Source: Bugula neritina (lineage: Eukaryota > Animalia > Bryozoa). From it: a DNA stretch of 64,000 bases. The position numbers were made by a program, and so were the translations under genes. Positions 1 to 12,540 of the stretch are shown one piece after another. Where the stretch lies: positions 2,418,001 through 2,482,000 of the forward strand of contig OZ037766.1 in the NCBI GenBank assembly GCA_964035545.1, given 5' to 3'. The notes below the pieces were generated by a model. It did not search any database. It saw only the letters and a list, made by a program, of their open reading frames with translations, and was not told where the DNA came from. Position 1 is the first letter of the stretch, and every line of letters begins with the position of its first letter.

Positions 1-838
1 GCTAGACAGTAGACATGCATGCTATTAAAATGAAAATAATCTATAATACATTTTGTATTTTTAGACAGCTAACTGTTAGTTCTCCTCAGCAAAGGCCTGG
101 TGTCTCGACTAGCTGCAGTGCTATTGCGCCATAGGCCTAAACACATTTTTTGCTATTTTTTTCTTATTCTTGTGAATTTTTCGTAATTGTTAAATAAATA
201 ACAACAAACAAAGTAAAACATGACGGTACTTTACTTTCTTCTAGAGGTACCATATATTATTATAGCTTTAAATATATGTATGAAAAGTATTATGAAACTC
301 TGGGAGTAAATGCATGCAATTTAGATATTGTAAATCTTAAGACATAAATGCTAAACAATCTTAGAGGCTTTACCGGAAACATAGCTGTACATTCTTACTG
401 CTTGTTTATAACATTTATACCTATTTAATGTTTTATTTCAGCAAATATTCTCTTTAGGGATAGAGTGGGGCAAACAACTTTTAAAAGCCTCAAGACTGCA
501 AATAGTTAAGCAATTTCTAAGAACCAGAAAGCTTTTAAACTCCCTTTACAATAAAGTAAGCTTTCTCAATACATTTTTGGTTGCAGCAACATTTTTAGTA
601 TAAGAAGTGCACATACAATCTGTTGGAATACTTGCGTGAGTATACCACCACTAAAGAGCCAGACTAATGCATCACTAGAAGTAGAAACATAGTGTTTTAT
701 GAAAGTTAAAGTTTACTTTATAAATTAAAGTTGAGAAATGCATACTACTTACCCGAACCTGCAGGAGACAAAGTCCTTTGTATATAACCAACAATCAATA
801 TGCCAGTGAAAAGGGAGAGGGAAAAATCAAAACCAATT

Positions 839-927
839 GAAGCCATTTTTAAAGATCGCAGGAAGCCATTTTTAAAGATCGCAGGAAGCCATTTTTAAAG
901 ATCGCAGGAAGCCATTTTTAAAGATCA
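839..927. repeat. 23-bp tandem repeat (GAAGCCATTTTTAAAGATCGCAG), ~3.8 copies
   Basis: Unit read directly; the repeats are identical. Confidence 0.9.
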
Positions 928-3900
928 AGCTGATGTTTAGTACAATTAGCGAAGAGTAAACAATAAATTCAAAGACTAAGATTGTTGCTCCATGCTTGCT
1001 ACTATCCAACTCACTAAGTCCTTCCTGGCACAATAATGAGAACTTTATCCCCCACTCCATCAACACCTATGGTGGTGAAGGTTAACAATTATAGGAACTA
1101 AACTTGGTGGACATACTTTGGGTTTTATATATGGCTGAGAAACTACCATCACCATAGCTTACAGAGAAATGCCTGCAGACTTATTTGATATTATTTATAT
1201 ATACAGTTCGACATTTATATAAATATAATTACTACTGACTAAACAGCTCAAACCCAAAGCAAGAAATATTAAATTAATGAAACCTGTAAGACATTGCTTA
1301 AATATTACACTGCTTTGTAATTAGCAATTTAGTAAAGAGAAAAGCTAAGCACAAGGTATAAGGAAATTAACCTGACTTAACAGCATATAAATTTGTTTTC
1401 TACAGCTCTAATCTTAGTGGTTATACATAATTAAGCTTAATTAAACATTTTTAAACCAAAAATACCCAACACTATTTTTTGGGTCTTTTTACACAGTGTT
1501 TTAAATTACAGAGATAATATAGAGAGCTCTGTATACATCATTATTTGAAATAATAATTCTATTAGTTTGATTTTACTACAACTGTTTATAATAATATTCA
1601 TGCAAAATAGCTAACCTTTTTGACAGGTATAAAAGCCCTGCAATTTCATTTATCTTTACATTCCCCACTTGCAACTTATTGCAACTACACTTATAACTTA
1701 AGATGTAAGGTTTTTCACATTGCTACTTTCAGTCTGCGACAATAAATATGTCTATACAATAAAACACAACAAAAACGAGCATTCATTTTGCAAAATTGAG
1801 AGGCCCGTCAATTAATTGAAGTATTTCTATATATCCATATTGGGTCAACATTTTAGCATCAAGTTTACAAAAAGTAAAACTTGAGATTCCATTATTTTTA
1901 TACTACACTATGCAACCATGTAGACCAAGAAAAACTAAAGCAGAGGTCCTTAACTAGACTATATAAGATGTCCTGAAAGATTATGAATCCAATGTGGCGT
2001 CTGTCATGTAAGACAGATACATTATCTAAACAACATACTGACTGAACTATGGTAGCTGTGAAGTATTACCAACAAAATACAAAGCAGACAAATTCAGAAT
2101 ACAACCATGCAGATAAAGTATCAAATACAACTGGTACAAAGTCAAATCTAACCAATCCAAGTTAAATATGTCCTAAATTACAATGACATTATACAGTCTG
2201 ATTTGAGATGCAGATATTGAGTTACAATGTGTAAAGTGTAAGTATAGCAATAAAGAATAACTAACTTATTACATATTTGTAGGCTGTAGCGTATTCTATA
2301 TTAATTTTAATATATGCAAGATAACTAACTGATTTTTATATGATTTAAGGCTTCATAATATAATTTATTCCTACTATACTGATATATCTTCACATTTATA
2401 CTAAAAATAATCTACTTATATGGCAGTATAAAACTACTAGAGATAGTCCTACATGAACATTTTATAAGTTAGTTCAATTTTACTTATCTTTAAATCTTCA
2501 GGAGTTATCAGTCCATGTATGAGCAGACAAATGCCACTTCTCAAAGCAGTTCATCAGTTTCAGGAATATCTCAAGATTAAAGGGCTGGAACCCAACTTCT
2601 TACTTATCTGAAAATAAATTAATATGTATATATGTAAGTTATTTAAATGAGTGAAACTACGAAATTAGAGTTTGCGAGGGTGCATATATATAAATATACA
2701 GTTGTATACAAAGCATCACTGCTATATCTATCAGCCATATATTATTATAGTGGGTCCTCCAGACTATAATAGCATCAAAAATATATCATGGCCAAATATA
2801 CTTTATAAGTTTAAGAATTTTAACATATATTAAATTTTTCACTAGTATATAAATTGAGTGAGTTCAAATCTTAATTATAACAAGTAAAATCAATGTAATT
2901 TGCCTGTAAACTATCAATTAACAAGTAAATTGACTTAATTATTAGAAACAAATCTAAATTCTTTAGGCTTATTAGTAAGAAAAAAATAAATAATTAAGTG
3001 TTACTCACCATTCAGTTGAAGATAAACTCGAGTTGAGAGAAGAGAATGTTACTTCATATCTTCTTGTAGTTAAACTGCTAAGTATCACACCAGACTAACT
3101 TATATACTGCATACAACAGAACATAGCTTAGCTCAAGTAGCTAGCTGTACCTATACTGTACAGAGTAACTCTAGCTATTCCCTTGCTTGTAGTTGGCTAG
3201 ACCACACAAGGAGAATAGCTGTTTTTTTTATAGCTAGCTACACTGCAAATAAAGCTAGCTATTTTATACAAAGCTTAGAAATTATGAGTCATCTTTTCAA
3301 TAAAAAAAATGATCCCTTTTCAATGAAGACCCGAATTTTTTTGTGAATTGAAGCAGTTGCTTGGTGGTATTATGATGCTTACGAAATCACAATGTCAATG
3401 AAATGCAATGCTATTATCCATCATTTTCCTAATAAAAAGCATGATGAATTGCGCATAATTTCTTGCTCATTCTATAAGAAGTATTACACCAATATTACTT
3501 TTACCACACCATAAAGTATATAGCAATCTCAGTAATAATATATTATTTTATAATTGCATGTTTTAATATTTTCATAACCCTGTTTGAATCTTCATTTAGA
3601 CTTTTAATTTAGATTTTGCTTAGAATGAAAGGACATCTGCGTACATATAGATGCAATATATGGAATACATAGTGTTATTATGCAGGGACTTCGTAAAGTC
3701 GCTTTCCTATTGTGTGAAGTATTACATTCAACTTAAGTTGATATACAAGTATTGCTTGTGTTTGAGCAGATATGATCTACTTCTTGTGTAAAACGAGATG
3801 TAAAATCAGAGTATAGAGTATAAGACATAAATCCTATAATGTTGGAGCAACAATTCATGGGTTTGAAATTATTTTTACACCTTATTTATTTAGCATTGTG

Positions 3901-6278
3901 TTGATGCTATTTATAATTCAAGACAATAAATTCGCAACCGTCAACATTTCATAATTGAAATATTTGTTCTCAAGTTGAAATATACAAATATGATATTATG
4001 ATTGTTAAATAAGTATAGCGAATTTACTCTATATTATGTTAATATCACATCATTAGCTTTCTATTATGTTGCTTTTAAGCTAGTTATTCAATGTTGAATT
4101 TTTGTTTATAAAATACATTCTCAATACTAACACCTATAAGGAAGGTTAGCTGTTTTGGATATTGGCCTACACTGCAAATAATGCCAGCTATCATGCATAT
4201 GCAAATAAAGCATAGAAATTATAGTTATTTAATTTAGGAGTCATCTTTTCTCAAAAAAAGTTTATCCTTTTTCCAATGAAAACCAAAAGACTTTTTTGAT
4301 TTGACTTATTCACACTATTATTTTGTTACGCCTGCCATCGCACTGAAGTAAATAAAGTTTATTACTAATAGGGCGTATTGCAATATAAACTCATATAAAG
4401 TGAATCATAGTTTATAGTCTGACCTGCAAAAATCCAATAGATTTGATAAGTTGCTTGATCAACTTCATAACATGCAGAAACCTCTCTGTTCTCTTTATGC
4501 ACCAGTTGTAATAAAATTTGCATTACCCTGTTTTGTCTTTTTGAACAAATTTTACTATTGTAAAGCTGATGACTGTCACTGTAAAGTTAATTATTAAAAG
4601 TTTGTCAGCTACATATAATTTTTGCATATTTTAGTTTTAAGTTGTTAAACATGCAGACTTTAAAGTTGCGTTTATACCTTCATGATTTTTAGAGGGAAAA
4701 GCTATGGAAAGCTTTTAGATAAAAAGCTATAAAGCCTTATGCCCTTACTGTTACTCACTCTTTCTCTGCGACTCAAAATCATAATGTGCTTAACAAGGAA
4801 AGCGATTGAGGGCCACATTGTAAACTTTAGCTGGGGCTGGAGGCTACGGCATCTGTATTTTCAAATTACTTTATTTCAAATTTCTATGAATAATTACACA
4901 ATAAAATCCACATAGTTACTAGAAGCTGCTTGTTTTGTAGCATGTGTATAAAGAAGACTTTAAAAGGTAGTTTTTCACTCTAATTAATTTACAGTGTAAA
5001 AAATAATTTTATGTGTCATGTTTTTGAGGGCCACATATATTTGTATGCTGGGGGCCACATCTTGCTCTGGGGTCGTCTGTTGGACAACCGGCTGTTTTAA
5101 ACAAACGATAAAACTTATTCATGCAATGCTACAATAATAATTGGCAATCAGTCTCGTATTTTCAGACCATATACTTGGCAGTAAACTGCCTGACTTTATG
5201 CGACACACCTTGCCTAAGTGTCTTGTGTTGCATAGAAAATATTATAATAAGAAATTTTCTATGGCCAACTCATTAAGTTAGATCACCTGGGTATGATGCA
5301 ATTAAACTCTGTTTATTCCCAAACAGCTGCATTGTCTTCATCTTTTAATACATTGGCATTGTTCATATATTATAACTTAATTTACAACTATTTTATATTA
5401 TATTAATATGTATTTTATTACAAAATCGCCTGCTGGATTACTGGTGTATGTATTAAAAAGCAAGCTGTCGACTTTAATAATGTCACAACTTGTGCTCTTT
5501 AAATTGCACTCACAAAGGGCATTGTCCGTCATTTATCTTAATGTAACTATTATTGTTATCCTATAATTTTATATACAATTCAACCCCTCTTGAAGTGCTA
5601 ATGTATTTTTTATTACATGCAATGTCTGTAAGATATTATATATAGATGACATGGATATCTTGAAAAAGAGAAGCTGTACTCGGTCTCACACTTCTACGTT
5701 GTTTTATTAAAGGCATTGCCCATCGTATTCCTTACAGATACATATATAATTATCTCATAATTTATCATTTTTATATATATTTTATATATATCTATAATAT
5801 TATTAACAGATTTCTGAAAAATGTAATTGAATGCAAAAATTGATTAGATTTATGAGAGAAATGTAAATTAATAATTATTTCCTGTTTTTTACAGCTTTCA
5901 GCCAATAAACTCAAAGCAACACTACATGCATATACCATAATATGTATAAGAAGCTCAGAATTGCAAAAAAATATATTCACTACATGCAGCTGCAGTGCCT
6001 ACAGTAACTTAAAAGTGTTGAATAAAAAGCAGGTAAATATAATAACATATATTTTTCTAATTGACACATATATTACTATAGTTTTATTTCCATTATTTGT
6101 TACACAAATATTAACTATATTGAATTTTAAAACAGTTTATAATGCTAAATAGCTTTTATCAGTGACCATAGTTGCTATAGATAATAAGTAAACAAATTAA
6201 AAACGTATTTTTTAATCTCACAGCAAATTTTAAAGAAGAAATTCTACTGCGTGAAATTTTTATTTAGGAGCACCAATT

Positions 6279-6799
6279 ATGAAGGTCATTGCTCTATTTT
6301 TGTTCACTCTGGTTGCCCTGAGTGCATTGGGTAAGTGCAATATAATTATAATACACTTAATTGTTGGTTAAACTTGTAATATTTGTATTCTCGTTTTAAC
6401 AAGCTCTCTATTTAAAAAAGTCCAAGAAAGCTGTGCTGTATGTCTGCTAATAACTGTTCAACTGCATATTGTATATAACGACTGTTAGGAAGTTTTAAAA
6501 GTATTGCTTTTATTTTATGGCATTATAGATTCCTAAAGTTATAAAGTATATACATTATAAAAATATTATACATGCAGCTCCACATATATTATATATTGCT
6601 CAAAATAGTGTACACGCATAAGTTGTAATTATATTAAACTGATGTAATTTCACTATACGCTGTGAAATTTTCTGCAGTTTCAGTCACAAAGGCTGCCTCC
6701 AAAACCTCTGGAAAAGCTGGCAATTGCAAAAAGTTGTGTGCCAAGCATGGATTTGTAAAATCTGCTCTCTATCATGATTACTGTACATGTTTAGAATAA
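6279..6799 (+). CDS. Secreted 4-Cys defensin-like (CS-alpha-beta-like) peptide, 57 aa; coding exons 6279-6330 and 6678-6799
   Basis: Spliced translation MKVIALFLFTLVALSAL-V-SVTKAASKTSGKAGNCKKLCAKHGFVKSALYHDYCTCLE*. It has a hydrophobic signal peptide, a phase-1 GTAAGT...TGCAG intron, CxxxC and CxC motifs, and a cationic mature part. A candidate non-coding exon 1 ends at AG|GTAAAT 6032, with acceptor TTTAG 6267. Confidence 0.8.
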
Positions 6800-7288
6800 T
6801 GCTTTCTCACATGACTTAAATTTTTATACATGCTGCAATTTTATTATATCCTATCTCTCAACTTTGATGGGCTCTACAATAATATGCTTGTGAACTGTTT
6901 TGTATGAAATACTTTGCTTTCTAAATGATAACATTTGATGCACTCAAAACATTTTTAATATCTCGTTTTAAAACAAAAAATTATATTTAAACGTGATGAA
7001 AAATTATGTATGTTATTTTTACAATTTTTGATTTTATATAATGTGTTTAAATTTTAACTTATATCACTATTAGTGGTCAAGCTTCTTCAGTGATTTAAAT
7101 TGTGATTGCTACCGATACAGTAGGTTCTTCAACAATTATTTAATAAACTTCTATAAAATAAGCTACTATTGTATAGAGAAATGCGTCAACGCTTGACGAT
7201 CTGTATGCACAGTTTAATTTATATTAGTATATAGACAAAACTATTGTACAAAATAACTGAATTTCAAGCATTTTATGAGCTGCATGCA

Positions 7289-7291
<3 letters not shown>

Positions 7292-7364
<73 letters not shown>
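7292..7364. repeat. (TA)n microsatellite
   Basis: Perfect dinucleotide run. Confidence 0.97.
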
Positions 7365-7365
<1 letters not shown>

Positions 7366-8902
7366 CTATCATTTATAACACAAAACTTAATATATAAATA
7401 TTGCTTTAGCACATGTTGCTAGCATAATTATATATAATCAATTTATCAAGAAAATGCATTCTATACTATAACTAAAAATATTTAGGGTTGGTATAAGTTA
7501 TATACACACTTTACATTTCCTTCAACAAAGATTTGTTAGAAAATAGTTTTCACACAAAACATCATCAAAAACAAATAGATTCCGTTGACAGTAGAAGTTG
7601 TCATCAAATGAAAAATATAATTTTTATTGCAGCATATAATGATGTGTCATAGATCAAACAAATATGATTTATGTCAAAAAACAATATATCTTTGAATTAT
7701 AAAAGCTATTGACTCTTGTTTTAACTATAATTGCAAAACGACACGCATATTTCAGAATTGAAAGTTTTAACCTGTTTTTAACTGTTTTAAGAAAATAACT
7801 TTACAAACTTTATTGATATGCCTATTAATCAAAAATGCATAAATTTCTATAATCTATTCTATATAGTTAAATGAAAACATACATATTATAGGAGACTTAT
7901 CTTAACAATTGATAAGGTGTTCAATGTGTCTAAAATTTGGTGCAAGTTAGTCATGCACCAGCATCTTATTAGCTTCGGTATTTAACAAGTTATAGTACAT
8001 ATTGCTTTAGCAGCTAACTTTGTTTACCAAGCTTTTGAAAAATTTGAAACAAAGCTGCAATGATCTACAAAAAGCTCAACTTTAATTGCCAAAACAATTG
8101 TCTACAGAAATATACGAAAGTCAACATTCAACTGCTCAAATAGTAACTGATAAATGCACTGCTATAAGTACCTCTATCTAGTATGTAGTTGGCACCATTT
8201 TGAAAGTGAAAATTTAGTGGAAAAAACTTTTGAGGTCACATAATGTTAGAGTTATAGTTAGACTCTGAAACTATGTTATCAGTGTCAGCTGTGATTGGCA
8301 CGATTAAGTTGACTGTAGAAGCTTATAGATGTTGACACTCACTACAAATCCAAACGAAGAAGATAAGGTAACGGTGATAAGTAACAAAGATATAAACCAC
8401 GAAGGTACAGCATGTCTATGCACCAAGTTGAAACTGGTTTTAGCCACCCAGCATTATCATAGCTGGCTGCAACTCAATCATACCTCTCTGAATAATCAGC
8501 TTAATTCATCATCCTTAACCGTACTAGTTCTCAGTAAACTTTTCTGAACGGAGAAACAGTTGAAGGTTGGTAAGTACTACTCATACAAATTCTATAAACA
8601 AACTCCAAGTTCTAACGCAACATATAAAACTAAAAGAGTCATGCAATTAAAGTGGTTCATTAAAACATATTTGTTTTATTATGTTCAGTAATAAATAACA
8701 TGATGAATAAATATTAGTGCGTTATGTTGTGCTTGAAAAAAAGCTGTATTACAGCAGCAGTGCTTAATAATGGGCAAGATTTCGGGAACCAAGGTTAAAT
8801 CACTTCAGTACTTTATATGGCTTTTCCTCAAGTTTTCATTCTTGCAAGATGCAGCCTAATACTGAATAGTGATTTCCGTTTTAGACTGAGTGAGTTATTG
8901 TC

Positions 8903-11900
8903 ATGGCTGAATCGGAAGATAATCAAATAGAATGTGGGTTCTGCCTTGGTAGATTAGAAGATCTGGAAGATCCAAGATCTCTACCTTGTGGACACATACA
9001 TTGTTTAACATGTCTCACAGAAAGCTTTGGCGTTAGTAAAATAGTCAGATGTCCTTTCTGCAAGTAAGTTCACGCAATTCTGTTTATAATAAATCATACT
9101 TTGTGTTGTCTAATAGAACTGGAAACACTTAACTTGCTGATGTTTTATACCACGTACAGAGAGGTTTATGATGTTGAGATAGACTCACTTCCTACCTCCA
9201 ACACAAGAGATGACTTGTCTCTATGCTGCAACACCTGCACTAGAAAAGGTGTAACCAATCAACAAGCTGTTGTGTTCTGTAAGACTTGTACTGCTAAGTT
9301 CTGTGCTAAACACAGAGAGGTGAGAATAAGTAATTCAACTACAAAGAAATTAGTGAGTTTATTTAAATATACTGTTTAATGACATGGTTGCTATGCAAAA
9401 TGCTAAATAGTATAAAAAAAATTAGAGACTTGACTTTTTCATTCAACTACTCAGTAAAATAACCTAAATCATTTTTTCCAAACTTTTTGATTTATTAGAA
9501 TAACTTTTCAATTTTTCAATAATTTATCATATGTTATGTAAGATAAATATGTTTTAAACAGGGCAAAGTACTTCAAGTATGATATTCTAATCTAAAATGA
9601 TTCTAATAAAATTATAATTAGTTGCATTTACCTTTAAATTCCTATAATGCTGAAGAGCATAACAGATTAACTGATGTTTAAACACATATTGTATTGGTAA
9701 AACACAGTCTCATGATGACCTCCACGGAGCCCACCCTACTATTACCATAACTGAGTACAGAGTAGAGGCTAAGAAACTAGAACAAAGGCTATGCTCAGAA
9801 CACAACTTAACCTACACCATGGGATGTGGAAGTTGCCATTCTATACTCTGTCATGCCTGCATTGAGAACTCCCCAAACTGTGATGATGGTAAATTTTTGA
9901 TATCTGCTTGTCCACATTAGGCTCTTTTTCTCATAGAACTTTTTTTTTCTTAGGGTTTGCTCTAAAATATATCAATAGGTAAATTCAACATTAATTGTAT
10001 AACGTATGAAAGTTTAAGAACAAAGAAATAGAATGAATAATCTATGCCTTGAAAATGTGGGTTCAATTCTCATCAACTTTTTTAATGGTTTCAGGGTTAG
10101 CATGTAATTATAAGCATCTAATATCTGTTAAAGCTTTTGACCACGTTGTGAATAAAGTAAAGGGGCAGAAGTTTAATACCTGATTGCATAACGATCAATC
10201 ATATTTTTCTATAATTGTACAAATTTGCAACAAAAATTTGAGTATAGAAGAACAATTATTGAGCTAATAGTTTTTGCTAATAATTCTCATGCTTTTCAAA
10301 ACAATAATTGCTTTATAAAAAAGTTTAATGCATCCATTTAATACAAAAAACCAATCATCCCCAGTCATGTCTTTATCTTGCCTATATAGATCAAGAAATT
10401 GAAATCTTTTACAAAATTGAAGCAATTAGGAGACATGTTTCTTGATTTATTGAACGTACACAATCTTGTATTGTAAAAATTATTGGTTTTTTTCATAAAA
10501 TTGTATTTTTTATACATATGCAGGTTCTCCACACAAACTGATGACTTTGAATAGTTTGATGGCAAAAGTGTCTGAAGAGATGAATGAGATGACATCAGAA
10601 ATACAGGAGAAAGAAGATCAGTTTTTAGGGTTAATGAAACACATGGCTGGAGTATTATGTGACTATGACAATGAGACCAGAGATATGATAGAGACACTCC
10701 ACAGAACACGTGATGAACAGGTTTATAAAATATTAAAAACAAAATTTAAAGGTCCCAAATTAAAAAAGTATATAATAAACCTAAATGAAAGTACAAACTT
10801 CACACTATTGAGAAGAGCCAAAAAAATTGGTTGAACATTATATCTAATAATTTTTAAACAAATTTTTATGCATTGATATTTTTTTTAAATTCTCCAACTG
10901 TGCATCTAGGATAATGAATGAGTTTAAAGGCATTTAAGTGCTTTTCTAGACTCTGGGTAATTTTTTTTAATAGATCCGGAGTATTAAACTAAAGTACGAT
11001 AAGTTAGAAAAAGAGTTGATGAAGTTGAGAAAAGACGTGAAGTTAGAACTGGAGAAATTTACTAAACAAAATGTTTCAGTGAAATTGTCTGATCTGAATA
11101 TACATAGACTACAAATTGAGGCTAGACACAAGCACAATCATCAGGTATAAAACCTAAAACGTATATTTGCATTCTTGGATATTATTTTTTTCAGGAATAA
11201 TACTTTTTGCAATCGTATACATGATCAGTGACACCTCCTACTATTAAACAGTGGTGTTGAATATAAATCTATTCTTTAGGTGGATGTTATAAGGAGACAT
11301 GAGAAGACAATACAGGAAATCAAAAACCTGACATCTACCGAATTCCCTACTTTGGAGATATCGAAGTCTAGCTTACAGGTCAAGGGTCAGTAATCTATTA
11401 TATAATATACAAATTTAGTTTCATTATTGTAGAATGGTTTAATTTGCCAAATGCATGGATATTATTCATTTGGCAAATTTAATGATTCTATCTAAATGTT
11501 TTAGATGACCAGAGGAAAATTGAATTGGAAATTGTCTCCACTTTGGGCAGCATAGTTGAGGCTAGACATGCGTTGGCTATTCCCAAGCAGTTAACATTTC
11601 TACATGCAGTTGATTCAGTCTTATGCACTTCAGTCTGCAGTTATCAGGGAAAAACTTATGTGGGACTTTATCAAAAGGTAGATGTAATAGAGGGAGATAA
11701 TCAGTCTAGAAAACAGTTTATGACGGCTACTGACTGGGTACACAGTGTAGCTGTTTACAAAGACAGACTGTATACTTTAGTATATGGTGACCCTTACACA
11801 GTCGCAGTACATGATCTGACAGGCAAACTCATCACCAGCTGGACTCATTCTGACATTACACAACTCTTCTGCTTCAACAAACTGACAATTGTTAATGATC

Positions 11901-12540
11901 AAATTGTTATACCAGACAGACAGAACAAGATGCTAATAGTCTACTCACTAACTGGAGAGGTACAAAAACGTATAGAATGTAATCTACTAAGGGCTAAGTC
12001 TGTATCACTCTGTGCTGCAAATAGCTATTCTGTTGTTGTATCTGATTTGGAATCTTCTAAAGTATTCAAGGTAAATCTTTCAAGTGAAGAAGTTGAATGG
12101 ATTTCTGAACATGTGACTAAACCACTAGGTGTGGCATATTACAGACAAAAGAAAGTGTTTGTAACTAACACAACTACTGCCTGCACTAAAGTCTGGATAC
12201 TGGATGGAAAGACAGGTATAGCAGCACTGTGCCAATTTTTTGCTTGTTTTTTGTTTTTAATATAATTGAATTATGTTTATTTAATTAAATTGCCATAAAA
12301 TTGAACAAAATTATTATTATAAATCCCAAAGTTTTGAATCAACAATTTTTAATTTATTGATTCAAAACTTAAATTATAAAATAAAAATGGAGTGACTTTG
12401 TACCAGGTGACCTGCTGACGGAGATCTCAGACGCTGCTGTAAGAAGTGAATCTTCTGTATATGATCTCCATGTGACAAGAAATACTCTGGTTGTACCCAG
12501 ATTTAGTGAGCAGAAAGTGCTATTTTATCAGATGGACTGA
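8903..12540 (+). CDS. TRIM-family E3 ligase-like protein (RING, B-box, B-box, coiled coil, beta-propeller/NHL-like), ~606 aa; exons 8903-9063, 9160-9319, 9708-9888, 10524-10720, 10974-11144, 11280-11385, 11505-12215, 12407-12540
   Basis: RING C3HC4: CGFC...LPCGHIHCLTC...CPFC. B-box 1: CNTC...FCKTCTAKFCAKH. B-box 2: CSEH...GCGSCHSILCHAC. A helical E/K/L-rich region follows, then beta-strand repeats (SVAVYKDRLY, SVVVSD, KPLGVAY). All junctions are GT-AG and the summed length of 1821 nt stays in frame. Confidence 0.88.

Noticed and set aside
4565-4590. Second CTGATGA hammerhead-like core
   Set aside because: No stem II followed by GAAA and no stem I/III pairing.
4800-5092. Possible hAT-type MITE relic (GAGGGCCACA repeats, GTTGGACAACC end)
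   Set aside because: The matching terminus and TSD could not be identified; too degraded to call.
7224-7412. YI-repeat ORF (also 36179-36470)
   Set aside because: Translation of (TA)n/(TG)n microsatellites.
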